NCBI GenBank assembly: GCA_023920165.1 | Contig: CP089281.1 | Coordinates: 1,612,001 to 1,676,000, forward strand | Origin: Curvularia clavata | Lineage: Eukaryota | Direction of reading: 5' to 3' | DNA: 64,000 nt | Shown here: positions 25,416 through 37,317 of the stretch, in pieces | How the letters are laid out: each line of letters begins with the position of its first letter | Numbering within the stretch: position 1 is the first letter of the stretch | Made by a program: the position numbers and the translations under genes | Notes under the pieces: model-generated | Told to the model about the DNA's origin: nothing | The model's input: the letters and a program-made list of their open reading frames with translations, nothing else | Database searches by the model: none

Positions 25416-26662
25416 ATGGCACCAATCGCAATTCCCATTCATGAACACATTCAGGAGAAGGATACCGCTCCTCCAAGAAAAGACACTCTCAAGCTGCCAG
25501 GACCAACCAGGAAGAGGCTTGAGAAAGCAGGCATTGATCTGTCCAACGGTTATCCATACAGACCTGCACGACCCCTTTACCTTGATGACGTGTACAAGAT
25601 CAGAGACTATGACCGAGAGCATGTCGACCCTGGATCACGGGCTGATCCGGAAAAGAAAGCACTGCTCGGTGCTGCTAAAGAGGTCATACATCTGACCGCG
25701 CACATCGGGACAGAGATTGTTGGACTTCAATTGAAGGATCTCACAGCTCAGCAAAAGGATGAGCTTGGTCTTTTGATTGCAGAGAGAAGCGTGGTCTTCT
25801 TCCGTGACCAAGACATTTCGCCGCAACAACAAAAAGAGCTTGGAGAATGGTATGGTGAAATCGAAGTCCACGTAGGTTCGCCCGTTCGGCTCGCAAAAGA
25901 CATACTAACAAGGAGTGAAGCCCCAAGTTCCGTTCGTACCGGGAGTGCCCGGAGTGACTGTACTGTGGCCTGATCTTATGGCAACGGAGGTAACCCCGAG
26001 CTTCCGAAAGACAGGCGGAGCATCCAGATGGCACACTGATTTGGTACACGAGCGCCAGCCAGCCGGGTAAGTGATGATGCTTTCGTACGAATTATCTTCC
26101 ATCTGACTCTTTCAGCGTTACTCATCTGCATAACGATACCATCCCAACAGTTGGAGGCGACACTCTCTGGGCTTCAGGATATGCCGCCTATGAGAAGCTT
26201 TCTCCTGCCTTCAGAAAGATTATCGATGGCAAAGAGGCCGTTTACCGTAGCGCTCACCCATATCTTGATCGCAATGACACGAGCGCTGGCCCCAAGTACG
26301 TTGAGAGAGTTCATCCAATTGTACGCGTGCATCCAGCGACTGGATGGAAAGCACTCTGGGTAAATCGCTCATTCACCGATCGCATTGTTGGACTGGACAA
26401 GGCTGAAAGCGATGTCATTCTCAACTATCTTTTCGATGTTTATGAGAAGAATGTCGATATCCAGGTCCGCTTCCGGTGGACTCCGGGAACTTCAGCACTT
26501 TGGGACAACCGCATCACGATCCATAACGCGAGCTGGGACTATGAGGGAAGTGAGCCGAGGCACGGAACCAGAGTGACTGCACTGGCAGAGAAGCCATTCT
26601 TCAAAGCAGATGCACCGACGCGCAGGCAGGCATTGGGTGTTGCTGGGCCTGAAGACATCTAG
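25416..26662 (+). CDS. Fe(II)/alpha-ketoglutarate-dependent sulfonate dioxygenase (TauD/Jlp1 family)
   Basis: 3 exons. HIGTEIVGLQL, ERSVVFFRDQD, HxD motif WHTD, GGDTLWAS, HPATGWKALWVN, WDNRITIH, RHGTRV. Confidence 0.93.
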
Positions 26663-27301
26663 GGGGCATGTAAATAAATCTGCCGTTGAGAAGACTGGAC
26701 ATATTAGTTGAATAGGTGCAGGCTTAGCGATCGAAGTAAGACATACGGCAGCATGATGGCAATTGCAGGGCATGCCACATATCTTGTGTGTTAAACTGTT
26801 AACCAATGAGATGATTAGTTATATCTGGGTGTACCTAGCGTAGTGAGGTCTTGTGCAGGACTGAGTTATAATTACCCAGTGGAGCCTGATGTGTTGCAGC
26901 GCTAACTTGATTCAACACTAAGTATTCAACAACATTGCCTGATATGTCGTTTGTTCTTTTTGCCGTTTTGGAAGAAACAGCCCAGAGCTTACGCGGTACC
27001 ATCAACATAAACCCTCGCGTATTCTGAAGCATGTCATGAGGGGCACAGGGGTGCTAGATCTTGAGAGCGATTTCGCTCATATAAGTTGCCTCTAAATGCA
27101 ATGTATTCAAAATCTTAGTCCTTATTCTATATTGTGAAATTTCAAGTCCTCCATAGGTAAATCAAGAGAGCAATGTGTTTTCAGCCGAGGTAAAAGCTAA
27201 GCGACAGGAAAATCGACCCAATCCTTCGTGACTGGACCACCTTACAGTTCCGTTTGTAACGTGATCTTAGTAAAGAAACCTTGCCTTCAATAATCGCCAT
27301 C

Positions 27302-28310
27302 ATGTCTAGCTCGGGGCCACTACAGTCAAACCAAAGCCCTAGCTCAGGTTACGACCGTGACGCGGTTATCGCAAGTATCAAACAATACTACCAGCTCTTA
27401 TCCAAAATGGTAGCAATCAAGCCAAAACACATTGCATATGCCCCGGAAGGAGGACGAAGTGACGAAGTTATTTCTATCAAGAAGCTACGTCGCCTAGGCT
27501 TCAACGACAGAATGATTGACTTTGTTCGCCATGTACCATATGTGACTAGCGCCGATAGGCCAGTGTTTCCATCCACGCAGACCATCAATTATTACAGCAA
27601 CCTGTTTGATTACGATGACGAAGAGTATGAGCTCGAGGACCCGCATATGGTTAAGATGTGGCCTTTGCCAGAGGAAAGGATTCCAGAAGGCATTATTCCG
27701 TTGTCACGGCCGCTGCAAGGAGATCCTTCGGCGACGTGGTGGATGCTGGATACGAACAATGGTGAGTGGAGGATAAACTATTTTCAACTTGTTTTGCGTT
27801 CTTCCATGTCTTACTTATTTGCTATACAGGCGAGCTTACTGCTCATAGCGCATTCATCACGAGACCGCCAGAAGAAGTACCCGAAGATGAAGAGTGGCGT
27901 ACTGCAAGGCCCGTGCCCGCGACCACCTACTTCAATGGGCTGTACGAAGACCTCAAATATCTTAATCTCTTACCCGTACCATTCAACCCTAGTTTACTTG
28001 TTTGGGAAATATGGCCAACGCATGCACTTGACGAATTCCAGCAGTGGGCAGACGTAAGTTGATACGACATCTCTATTCACCAGCTATATGGGCAGGATGC
28101 CTAATGACCACTATACAGGAAGCGAAAGACATATATCTCAAGTGTCACTGGCCAGACTTACAGAGATTTCAGCGTGCAAAATGTCGAAGGCTCTTAGTTG
28201 ATTTACAAGAGCGATGCAGAACCTGGCAAAAAGAAAAGCATGCGCAGAGACCGCCACCTCCAGAATATACTGACGCTTCAGGAAATGCCGTTGCTCCACT
28301 AAATCTGTAG
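27302..28310 (+). CDS. Conserved fungal hypothetical protein
   Basis: ATG at 27302; three exons with GT-AG introns near 27762 and 28053. The N-terminal YDRDAVIASIKQYYQLLSKM...PEGG...MIDFVRHVPY pattern resembles a widespread uncharacterised ascomycete family. Confidence 0.7.
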
Positions 28311-29046
28311 TTACCAATCGGAAAAAAGGGATGTATCACATAGGTTCTGTTCGACCGGCCCAAGCTCGAGGCACTCAGTTCATCACTGTCTACCAGCTTC
28401 TACACCGTGCTAAAAAGCGGGGGTGAGAAAAGACCAGGTAACACACCAGACAGATAGAGACCGGAACCCCACAAGGGGAAGAGATAGAGTTATCATTAAG
28501 CAGCCCAAGCGGGTCAAGCTAAGACTGGGCTCGAGCACGACCAAGACACGGTCTATGTAGCCAAGATATAGCAATGCTTCTATATGCGCAAGATCATGTC
28601 GGCAGATGCGGCAGATAGATCGACATCGTCTGAAGGGACGTGTGCTGGCACAATCACGATGGAGAATGTTACCTAATTGTTAGCCATAAACGATACTGAT
28701 GTGTAGCTGTTCGCCTAATATTACCTGCAGGTACATATAACCTAGTTTCCGGTGTACCTGGAGATGCACAAGAAAGGGAATAAAAACACCAATCCTCGGG
28801 TTTCGAAACTTCAGTTGTATCAGTGAACATGCAATCCTTCAAACTGTGGATGAGTGTCCAAGACAATTGTCTTGGTTTCGGGCTAGTGATACTCCAGGTT
28901 CTAGGCGGTATCGGGTCTATTGCAGGCAGGCATATCTGAGCAAGATAACCGCGAAGCCTAGCTGGGATTTGTTGTGGACTTGAGGCGTACCCTGGAAAAG
29001 CGTACCCACATCGTACATATGTAGCAAGATGACGACTATGGCCGCT

Positions 29047-29541
29047 GCCAAGACCGCCACAGTGCAAGCTATGAAGATATGTCACACATTCCGGTGAAAG
29101 AGATATGTATCCCAGTGAAAAGGGCCATGACCGACCTGGCACTCGCGAGATACCGATGATACTCCTCGAAGAAATCGTTGCTCTTGACGTTCGTGGTCTG
29201 GGGAAGCTCTTTTTCGGTTGAAGGCGCTGACGTAGCACGACTGTAGATTGACCGCATCTAACCATTCCAAGACCGGTTCATGCAAGACCTACCTACCGTC
29301 GCCGGTGCCAAGTCGTACGGCCATCGTCTCCGCGCGCTGCTGCAAACGAAAGGCTTGCGCTGGAGTGGTCGAAAAGGCAGGTGGTGGGAGATCGCGAGGG
29401 TCGCCAAGAAGTCCAGATGCCGTGTATCCGTTGCACCTGGCATCGTGATGCACACTCAGTGGCCGTTCAACTGCCAAGCGCGTGGGAGAATTTTTCGTTA
29501 CCTTGGCGCCCGCCGTCTCAGCCAAACCGGAGACGCTTGGC
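29047..29541. promoter_or_regulatory. Cluster of PacC/Rim101 sites (GCCARG) upstream of the ENA ATPase
   Basis: GCCAAG at 29047, 29307, 29403, 29473; CTTGGC at 29502, 29536; CCTGGC at 29135, 29436. Confidence 0.75.
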
Positions 29542-30017
29542 GTGTATCCACCCTTCGACATCCTCCACCGATTTCTCCACAGTCCAAGATATATCTTAGA
29601 CACACCTGTCATCCACTTCCGTTTTCTTCCCTTCATTGCTCGCTATCCTGCTCCAGTGATTCACTGCTCCCTTCAAGTTTACCACTTGCAAACACCTGCT
29701 CTTTCTCCAACTCTTCAATTACCTTTATCCCATCTTTCACCCTACACCTAGCCAATCACGGCTCGGAAATAAGGAGGAGTCTGCACCCCCGCCCCGTGCT
29801 GAAGTTCTCTATGTATACTACAGTCAACACCCAATCTACCAAATTTGTCCACGCGACCATAGTTCGCGGGGCAAGAATTCGCAGAAAGTTAGAGCGCTGA
29901 CATCGAAACTCCCAATTGATCGGACTTGATATTCGAACCAACAAAACCACAATCTCCCACTACACCTTCATCCCTCTCTTTTTAAAAAAAACGGTCAAAA
30001 AAAATTCTTTCTCCCGC

Positions 30018-33000
30018 ATGGGTAAAAAAGCTGCGCCCCTTGAGGGGCACGTCAGTGGGCAGGCGAACAAGCCAATGTCCAAGCCTGCTCACAGCCTTAC
30101 GCTCCAAGAAGTCATCAATGAACTCAAGACCGATTCCTGGTCTGGACTAGACGATGCCGAAGCCAAGCGCCGCACCGACGAGTACGGTATCAATGAGCTC
30201 GGAGAAGCTGAGAGCGTTTCTGCAGTCAAGATCTTCGTCGCTCAAATCGCCAATGCTATGACTTTGGTCCTGATCTTGGCCATGGCTGTCAGTTTCGCCA
30301 TCAAGTCATGGATCGAAGGTGGAGTTGTCGCCTTCGTCATTGGCCTCAACATCGTCGTCGGTTTCTTCCAGGAATGGTCTGCCGAGAAGACCATGGACTC
30401 TCTTCGCTCGCTCAGTTCACCCACTGCTCGCCTTATTCGTAATGGCCAGCAGGTCACCGTACCTTCGGCTGAAGTCGTTCCGGGAGATGTCATCGAGGTC
30501 AAAGTCGGAGACACAATTCCCGCCGATATCAGGGTTTTCGATGCTGTCAATTTCGAAACTGATGAAGCCTTGTTGACTGGCGAGTCTCTTCCTGTTCGCA
30601 AGCAAGAGGAAGCTACCTTTGATGAGAAGACCGGCCCTGGCGATCGTCTCAATGTAGCCTACAGCTCGTCTAGTGTCACCAAGGGCCGTGCCAAGGGTGT
30701 CGTCTTCGCTACCGGCGCCTACACGGAAATTGGTGCTATTGCTGCTCAGCTGCGTGAAACCCAGTCCAAGGTTCGCCCCGTCAAGCGCAAGCCGAACGGA
30801 AAGGCCAAACCTCATCGTTACATTGAGGCGTACACGCTCACCACTACCGACGCTATCGGACGTTTCTTGGGTCTCAACGTTGGAACACCTCTCCAAAAGA
30901 AACTCTCCAAGCTGGCTGTGTTGCTCTTCTTTATCGCTGTTATCTGTGCCATTATTGTCCTAGCAGCCAACAAGTTTAGCAACCGCCAGGAAGTCATCAT
31001 TTATGCCGTGGCTACTGGATTGTCCATGATTCCGGCTAGCTTGGTTGTCGTGCTCACCATCACAATGGCTGCTGGCACAAAGTCCATGGTCCAGCGCCAC
31101 GTCATCGTCCGAAATCTCAAGTCTCTCGAGGCTCTTGGCGGCGTCACAGACATTTGCTCTGACAAGACTGGAACACTTACGCAGGGTAAAATGATTGCTC
31201 GTGGTGCTTGGATTCCTGGCGTTGGTACCTACACCATCGAGGACTCTGCCGCCCCTCAGGATCCTACTGCGGGTAACGTTCGTTTCGGCGTCGCTGCTCC
31301 TTCGGAGATGAACCTCAAGGCTGGTGGTGATGCTTGCGGCGAACTCGTGTCTGTCGAGAAGCTCGAAGGCCACAACCATTCCAGTTTCGGCGAGTTCCTC
31401 AAGGTTGCGTCTTTGGCCAATCTGGCTGCGGTCAAACAAAAGGATGATGGAACTTGGGAGGCCCATGGCGACCCGACCGAGATTGCTATCCAGGTTTTCG
31501 CTTGCCGTTTTGGCATGAACCGTCTTGGTCTCACCAAGGGTGACTCTCCCCAGTGGGAGGACCTTGTCGAGCTTCCATTCGACTCCGATGTGAAGCGCAT
31601 GTCCGTCATTATGAAGCACTCCAGCGGCACCTTTTCTTTCACCAAAGGTGCTGTCGAGCGTGTCATCCAGAGCTGTACCACATACCTCGCTGACGGCAAG
31701 GAACAATCCCAGCCTGTCACTGATGAGTTCCGCCAAGAGATCCTGTCCAACATGGAAGCTCTCGCCGGTCTTGGTCTTCGTGTATTGGCGCTGGCCAGCA
31801 AGCGATATCCTCACGAGGTTGAGAAGGGTGCTGAGGTCGAGCGTACTACTGTCGAATCTGAACTCGTCTTCCGTGGTCTCATTGGCCTTTACGACCCCCC
31901 TCGACCCGAATCTGCCGTCGCTGTCCGCCAGTGCCACGAGGCTGGTATTGAGGTGCACATGTTGACGGGCGACCATCCCGAAACTGCAAAGGCAATCGCC
32001 ATCGAAGTGGGTATTCTGCCTTCATCTGAGCGATACAAGAAGATCTCCGGAGACATTGCCCAGACGCTTGTCATGACTGCCGCCCAGTTCGACGAGCTTA
32101 GTGATGACCAGATTGATGAGATGTCCGTATTGCCTCTGGTCGTCGCTCGTTGCGCTCCTAGCACAAAGGTGCGTATGATTGAGGCTCTCCATCGCCGTGG
32201 ACGATTCTGCGCCATGACTGGTGACGGTGTCAATGACTCTCCTTCGCTCAAACGTGCCGACGTCGGTATTGCCATGGGTCAAGCTGGTTCAGATGTTGCC
32301 AAGGAAGCATCCGACATTGTGCTCACTGACGACAACTTTGCGTCTATTCTTGCTGCCATCGAAGAAGGCCGTCGTATCTTTGACAACATCCAAAAGTTCG
32401 TGCTGCACGTATTGGCCGAGAATGTCGCCCAAGCCGGTACTCTTCTCGTTGGTCTTGCGTTCAAAGACAACACTGGTCTGTCTGTGTTCCCTCTTGCGCC
32501 TGTCCAAGTTGTCTGGATTATCATGGCAACTTCCGGTTTGCCAGATATGGGTTTGGGCTTCGAGCGCGCCGTTCCCGACATTTTGCAACGACCTCCACAA
32601 TCTCTCAAGACTGGTATCTTTACCATGGAGTTCCTCGTCGACATGGTCGTTTACGGTCTCTGGATCACGCTCCTCTGTCTTGCCAGTTTCGTCTTGGTCG
32701 TTTTTGGCTTTGGCGATGGTGAGCTCGGAGAGGGTTGCAACGAGACATATTCGGAGCAGTGCGAGCTTGTTTTCCGTGCCCGCGCTTGCACATTCGCCTG
32801 TCTGACATGGTTCGCTCTCTTCCTTGCGTGGGAAATGATTGACATGCGTCGCTCGTTCTTCCGCATGCAGCCTGGCAGCAAGCGGTACTTTACCCAGTGG
32901 ATCATTGATGTGTGGAGGAACCAGTTCTTGTTCTGGGCCATCATTGTCGGCTTCGTCCTTCTCTTCCCGCTCATTTATATTCCGGTTCTCAACACAGTTG

Positions 33001-33227
33001 TCTTCAAGCACGCACCCATCTCTTGGGAATGGGGTATCGTGTTCGTTGAGACAGGCATTTTCTTTGCCGGTATTGAGTTCTGGAAGTGGTGCAAGCGCGT
33101 CTACTTCCGCCGCCAGGCTGTCAAGAAGGGAACTGGAGTTGTCGATAAGAACATGGAGATTGAAGACCGGGTCTTTGGTCGCTACTACAGCCAGGACACA
33201 ACCGGTACCGATGGTGAGAAGGCTTAG
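30018..33227 (+). CDS. ENA1: P-type IID Na+/K+-exporting ATPase, intronless
   Basis: ATG at 30018 (MGKKAAP). LLTGES, DKTGTLTQGKM, GDPTEIA, FDSDVKRMS, MLTGDHP, TGDGVNDSPSLK; ENA-type GLSMIPASL and IEGGV. Confidence 0.96.
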   Translation: MGKKAAPLEGHVSGQANKPMSKPAHSLTLQEVINELKTDSWSGLDDAEAKRRTDEYGINELGEAESVSAVKIFVAQIANAMTLVLILAMAVSFAIKSWIEGGVVAFVIGLNIVVGFFQEWSAEKTMDSLRSLSSPTARLIRNGQQVTVPSAEVVPGDVIEVKVGDTIPADIRVFDAVNFETDEALLTGESLPVRKQEEATFDEKTGPGDRLNVAYSSSSVTKGRAKGVVFATGAYTEIGAIAAQLRETQSKVRPVKRKPNGKAKPHRYIEAYTLTTTDAIGRFLGLNVGTPLQKKLSKLAVLLFFIAVICAIIVLAANKFSNRQEVIIYAVATGLSMIPASLVVVLTITMAAGTKSMVQRHVIVRNLKSLEALGGVTDICSDKTGTLTQGKMIARGAWIPGVGTYTIEDSAAPQDPTAGNVRFGVAAPSEMNLKAGGDACGELVSVEKLEGHNHSSFGEFLKVASLANLAAVKQKDDGTWEAHGDPTEIAIQVFACRFGMNRLGLTKGDSPQWEDLVELPFDSDVKRMSVIMKHSSGTFSFTKGAVERVIQSCTTYLADGKEQSQPVTDEFRQEILSNMEALAGLGLRVLALASKRYPHEVEKGAEVERTTVESELVFRGLIGLYDPPRPESAVAVRQCHEAGIEVHMLTGDHPETAKAIAIEVGILPSSERYKKISGDIAQTLVMTAAQFDELSDDQIDEMSVLPLVVARCAPSTKVRMIEALHRRGRFCAMTGDGVNDSPSLKRADVGIAMGQAGSDVAKEASDIVLTDDNFASILAAIEEGRRIFDNIQKFVLHVLAENVAQAGTLLVGLAFKDNTGLSVFPLAPVQVVWIIMATSGLPDMGLGFERAVPDILQRPPQSLKTGIFTMEFLVDMVVYGLWITLLCLASFVLVVFGFGDGELGEGCNETYSEQCELVFRARACTFACLTWFALFLAWEMIDMRRSFFRMQPGSKRYFTQWIIDVWRNQFLFWAIIVGFVLLFPLIYIPVLNTVVFKHAPISWEWGIVFVETGIFFAGIEFWKWCKRVYFRRQAVKKGTGVVDKNMEIEDRVFGRYYSQDTTGTDGEKA

Positions 33228-34292
33228 ATTAGTCTTTTTGTGACAAAGAATGAAGAGAAGAGATGGAGGGATGATGAGTGAGGTATCGAGAGCACATTGT
33301 GTTCTCTAATGCGAGGGTGTGACGCTGTTGATCAAATTGCCAAAGTTAGTATATAGAATGAGTTAGATCTAAAAGTTAGTCGATCATTAAATGCTTTTAT
33401 ACCAATTCTTCCCACTTTGATATACGTGTGAAAATATTCAATCCTCTGTACTGTATGCACGTAGATTCCGTCGCACCGTGAGCGAAAATTTTGAAAGAAG
33501 GTAGCGAAAAAAGGAGTCGTCGCACGAGGGGCATATACTATGGCCGACCGCCTTGCTAGTTGCCATTTTGTATGCGGTATTTTACTTGCGTTTCACCTGA
33601 TCGAGGCGCAGCAACATCGGCACTAGCGACTACCCACGTGTAGCGAGTGCCCAATCCTACCCCTCCGCAAACTTGAATTCCGCCTCTGATTGAGGCTTGC
33701 GGCATTTTGACCCCGTCTATCAATGCTTGGCGGTCGCTTTACGCGGGAAGGGGTTTCTTGGTCACTTAGCGTCTGGCTTTTTCTAGTGTTAAACAAGACG
33801 CGTAAACAAGCGTAAGAAGGTGCTTCGTATGTATAGGAACTAGTGAGATGGCAGAAACAGATCAAATCTGTGAAGATATTTCATTTCATGGTTGATATGA
33901 TTGCGCGCGTGTGAGCTTCGGTTGGTCCGAAACCAGGGAGAAAAATACAAATTGGAGGGGCTGGTGGTGAGTGTGTGAGAGGAAAGGAAAATAAAGCGAT
34001 ATGACGCGTGGATCTGCATGGGCTACAGCGGCTGCGTTGTACATACTAGCCAACGAATTATGTAAGCATTGGCTGCCCTCTATACACACATGAAGGCACA
34101 AAGTCGACTCTATGGTTTACAAAATGGAAGCAAAACAAACCATAATTGACGTCTACACAGCCGAAAAATGGTTACAATGGTAATATTCTTTCAGAAAAGG
34201 CATAACGGTAACGGTATCGCACACCTCTCGCCCAACCAGTGGAGATGCATTACTATACAAACGCTACATGAGATGGTAGGGAAAAAGGTCTT

Positions 34293-35695
34293 TTACACAA
34301 CCAATCGGCCGGGCTCGACCTCGAGCACAGCCTTGACGCGCTCAAGGAAGACCTGGCCGCGCTTCTCATCGCCCTTTGGTACGCTAATGCTAAAGACATT
34401 GAGAGGACCGACAACGCCTGCTGCCCCGCTCATGGCAGATCGCTTAGGAGCGCTGGGCTTCTTACCGGCCAGGATGTCCAGGATGTCGGACTTCTTTGGT
34501 GCCGGTGATTGCTGGGCAGAGAGGTTGTTGGGTGGCAGGGCGGTTATTTGAGGGAAGAAGTTGCCTTGTGAGTACTTTGCGGATACTTTGTCGAGGCCAA
34601 GAACAGCGTTGAAGAGCTCATCTGCAGATGGCTTAGCTGTCTTGGACTTGGGCAGATCCTCGTTGGCGAGCTCAGCCGCGCGCGCAACAAAGGTCGACAG
34701 CGGTAGGAAGACGCCTATTGAGTCCTTGACGCGCTTCTGGCACTCCATGACTGCTGTCAGAGAGATTGGCATGGCCAACTCAACAGGCAAGTCTTCGACA
34801 ACCTTGGCCTCTTCTGCCACAGGCTTCTTTGGTGCCTCCTTCTTCGCCATGGGCTTGATGTTGCTCAAATCGAGGTGGGAGAGCTTCGAGAAGCGGTCTG
34901 CGAGTTCTGATGGGTAAGATTTCTCAATCTGACCGACGTATGCAAGGACATCTCCCTTGAGGAGCCTGCCGTTGGGTCCAGTAGCTGGAATCTTATCGGC
35001 GTCCTCCTTGGACAGGCCGTTCACTTCCAAGAGATGTTGTACAGAGGGGTATAGCGGGTAGGTTTGCTTCGCAGCCTTGGCACTCGAGGCCTTGTTTGAC
35101 TTTGCGGGTGGTGCAGATGTTCGCTCCTCCTTGGGCACTGAAGCCGATTGCTTGGGTTGTTCCTTGGGCGCTTCGGCCTCCTTCTTGGGTGCAGGGCTAT
35201 CCTCAGCGGGCATCTCGAGGGAGCTCAGGTCGTCACCAGGCTCCGCAGTAACAGCTATCCGTGTGCCAACCTTGACTGCCTTTGATCCATCTCCGACCTA
35301 TATCTACGGTCAGTTTCAGACAATTCACAACAGCCTCGTCCATGGACGTACAGTGATCTTTGCCAGAATACCGTCATCCTGAGCCTCGACATCCATCTGT
35401 GCCTTATCAGTCTCAATCTCTAGGAGGACATCGCCAGCGGAGAAGGAGTCCCCCTCCTTGATCTTCCAAGCCGCGATATTGCCTTCGGTCATGGTCGGAG
35501 AAAGTGCAGGCATGTTGAAGTTTTGCGCGGCGAGCGAGGCCGGGCTCGAATGGAGGCCTGTACCCGGTTCCAGTGAGCAATTCGTTTCCCTCAGCGGTGC
35601 AGCAGTTCTTGCTTACCTCTCCGAGCGCCATGGCTACGCAGCTGCTGAGAGGCAGCGCGCGCCGAAACCCTACATACTGCCGCGAGCGAAGCCAT
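34293..35695 (-). CDS. PDX1: Pyruvate dehydrogenase complex protein X (E3-binding protein), mitochondrial
   Basis: ATG at 35695 with an Arg/Ala-rich presequence; lipoyl domain [13 protein letters not shown]...[11 protein letters not shown]3-binding LYPSVQHLL...[14 protein letters not shown]; truncated fungal C-terminus ending [10 protein letters not shown]. Two introns. Confidence 0.92.
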
Positions 35696-35967
35696 GGGAT
35701 GTCAATTGACCGATGGGGTGGGGAGGGTTGTCTGGCTGTCGGACGTCGCTGGTGAGAAATGTTGAGCGCGGGATGAGCTTCGGAGGTGTCGAGACGCCGC
35801 GCTTGGGCCGCCGCTTCTTTTTCGTTGGTTACATTTTCTATGATCGGAACTCCCACAAGCAACGGTTGCAGCGGGTTCACATAACGACGGACTTGTTTGC
35901 AATCGTCGCCGTCAATCAATTGTATGATGCGCCAATCGTAATAGTGTAAAACAATTCCGCAGTCACA

Positions 35968-36877
35968 ATGCCAGCCTTCTCCCGGGGCTTCGACGCTTTC
36001 CGCCTCCCCTCCTCTCTCCGCGCCGCCCTCTTCGGAACACGAGAGTCCTTTGCCCAGCCCGCATCGGCTCAGCGCAACGCCCGGTCCTTTGCTTCGTCGG
36101 TCCTCCGCCGCTACCAGTACACATACAAGAGCAATCTCAAGTCGAGTTTTGTGAGCAATGACCCTGTTCTGCGACAAGTAGCCCAGACCCGGCAGCCGGT
36201 CTTGATATACCAAGCCCCAAGGAACAAATGGTACTACGCAAAGGTGTACGGAGCGGGCGGGCTTTGGATTGGCGTCGGCGCATATTCCATGAAATTCAAC
36301 AATGACATCAAAGACAGAGAGGTTCCCTTCTTTGTACGACCTACGTATGTCGTCGTTGGTGCAGCCTTCATCATCATTGGGTGTTACATTTGCACCGCGC
36401 CTACCAATCGCATGAGGGCGCTGGAAGTCATTCCTAGTCTGCAGGGCGGACCTATACAACTACGCATGACGGTCAGGGCGGCACCGTGGTCCAAGGAGCG
36501 TGTCATCTATTCGCAGCTTGGAGAGGCTACAATTAGTGAAAAGACGGAGCCCATGGTACGGGAGCTGCTGGAGGCAGAGAGGTTCCGGAAACAGAAATTG
36601 TGGGATGACTTGGGTCACATGAACGTTGCGGCAAGAGTCTGGGAAGGATCTGCTCGCTGGGTACACCAGAAATGGACAAACTTCTTTCTGCGGTTCAAGT
36701 TTGCGGTGCTGAGATTTGGAATCGCAAAGGTCAAGGTGCAGGGCGAGGATTGGAAGATTGACTGTTCAGGATGGCTGATGGAGGATGGCAAAGGTAATAT
36801 TTATTCTTGTTTCTGAAACTGAATGATGCTGAGGCTAACTTGACACAGCTGTCGACAGACTTATCGCGGAAGAGTAA
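35968..36877 (+). CDS. Hypothetical membrane protein, probably mitochondrial (two TM segments)
   Basis: 282-aa ORF plus a short last exon (AVDRLIAEE*, stop 36875-36877); presequence-like N-terminus; divergent from PDX1 across ~270 bp. Confidence 0.75.
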
Positions 36878-36996
36878 GTGGACGACATCCACAACACTTT
36901 GTATACGCCATGTACAACTATGTATCCATGCAATGCACCATGTAAAACACAACCAAGGGGTATCAACTTTCTTCTTTAATCAAATGTCTCCCTAGA

Positions 36997-37317
36997 TCAC
37001 CAAGATATATCCATCCAGTATCCCGTCTTGCCCTTGCCCTTGTAGAATTCTGTAAAGGCTCCAATTGTCGATCTGCTTTAGGTCAGCACGGCAAGTCACA
37101 GAGACTATACTTCTAAGAATGGCAGCACCTACCCTTTCATCTGCTCCTTATCTTTAGCCTTTTGCCACTCCTTCCAGCGCTCTTTGTCGCTCAACGTAGC
37201 ATCGCGCCATTTTTCTTTGCCTGGGACGGGCGGCGAAGTGGAGTGGTGTATATGGAGCTTTGACAGCCATGATGAAGGGGAAGGTGAAGACTGTGACTCT
37301 TCGTTTGTTGACTCCAT
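36997..37317 (-). CDS. Small two-exon hypothetical protein (~85 aa)
   Basis: ATG at 37317 with a TATAA-like element just upstream; donor gtaggt at 37132, branch ctgac, acceptor cag at 37073; gives ...WQKAKDKEQMKGSTIGAFTEFYKGKGKTGYWMDISW*. Confidence 0.5.

Noticed and set aside
1..26662. Treating MFS-FMO-TauD as tailoring genes of the PKS cluster (e.g. for an N-acyl-taurine-type product)
   Set aside because: A transposon scar separates them, the trio has its own sulfur-type promoter motif and a coherent catabolic logic, and no sequence evidence links them. Co-expression data could revive the idea.
29916..30017. N-terminal extension of the ENA ORF from a TTG start
   Set aside because: A/T-run 5' UTR sequence; the family-like protein begins at ATG 30018. 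The same applies to the ORF-track extensions of the FMO and the 6-phosphogluconolactonase.
30242..33011. Long antisense ORFs over ENA (also over ADP1 and PDX1)
   Set aside because: Expected by-product of strong codon bias in the sense genes.
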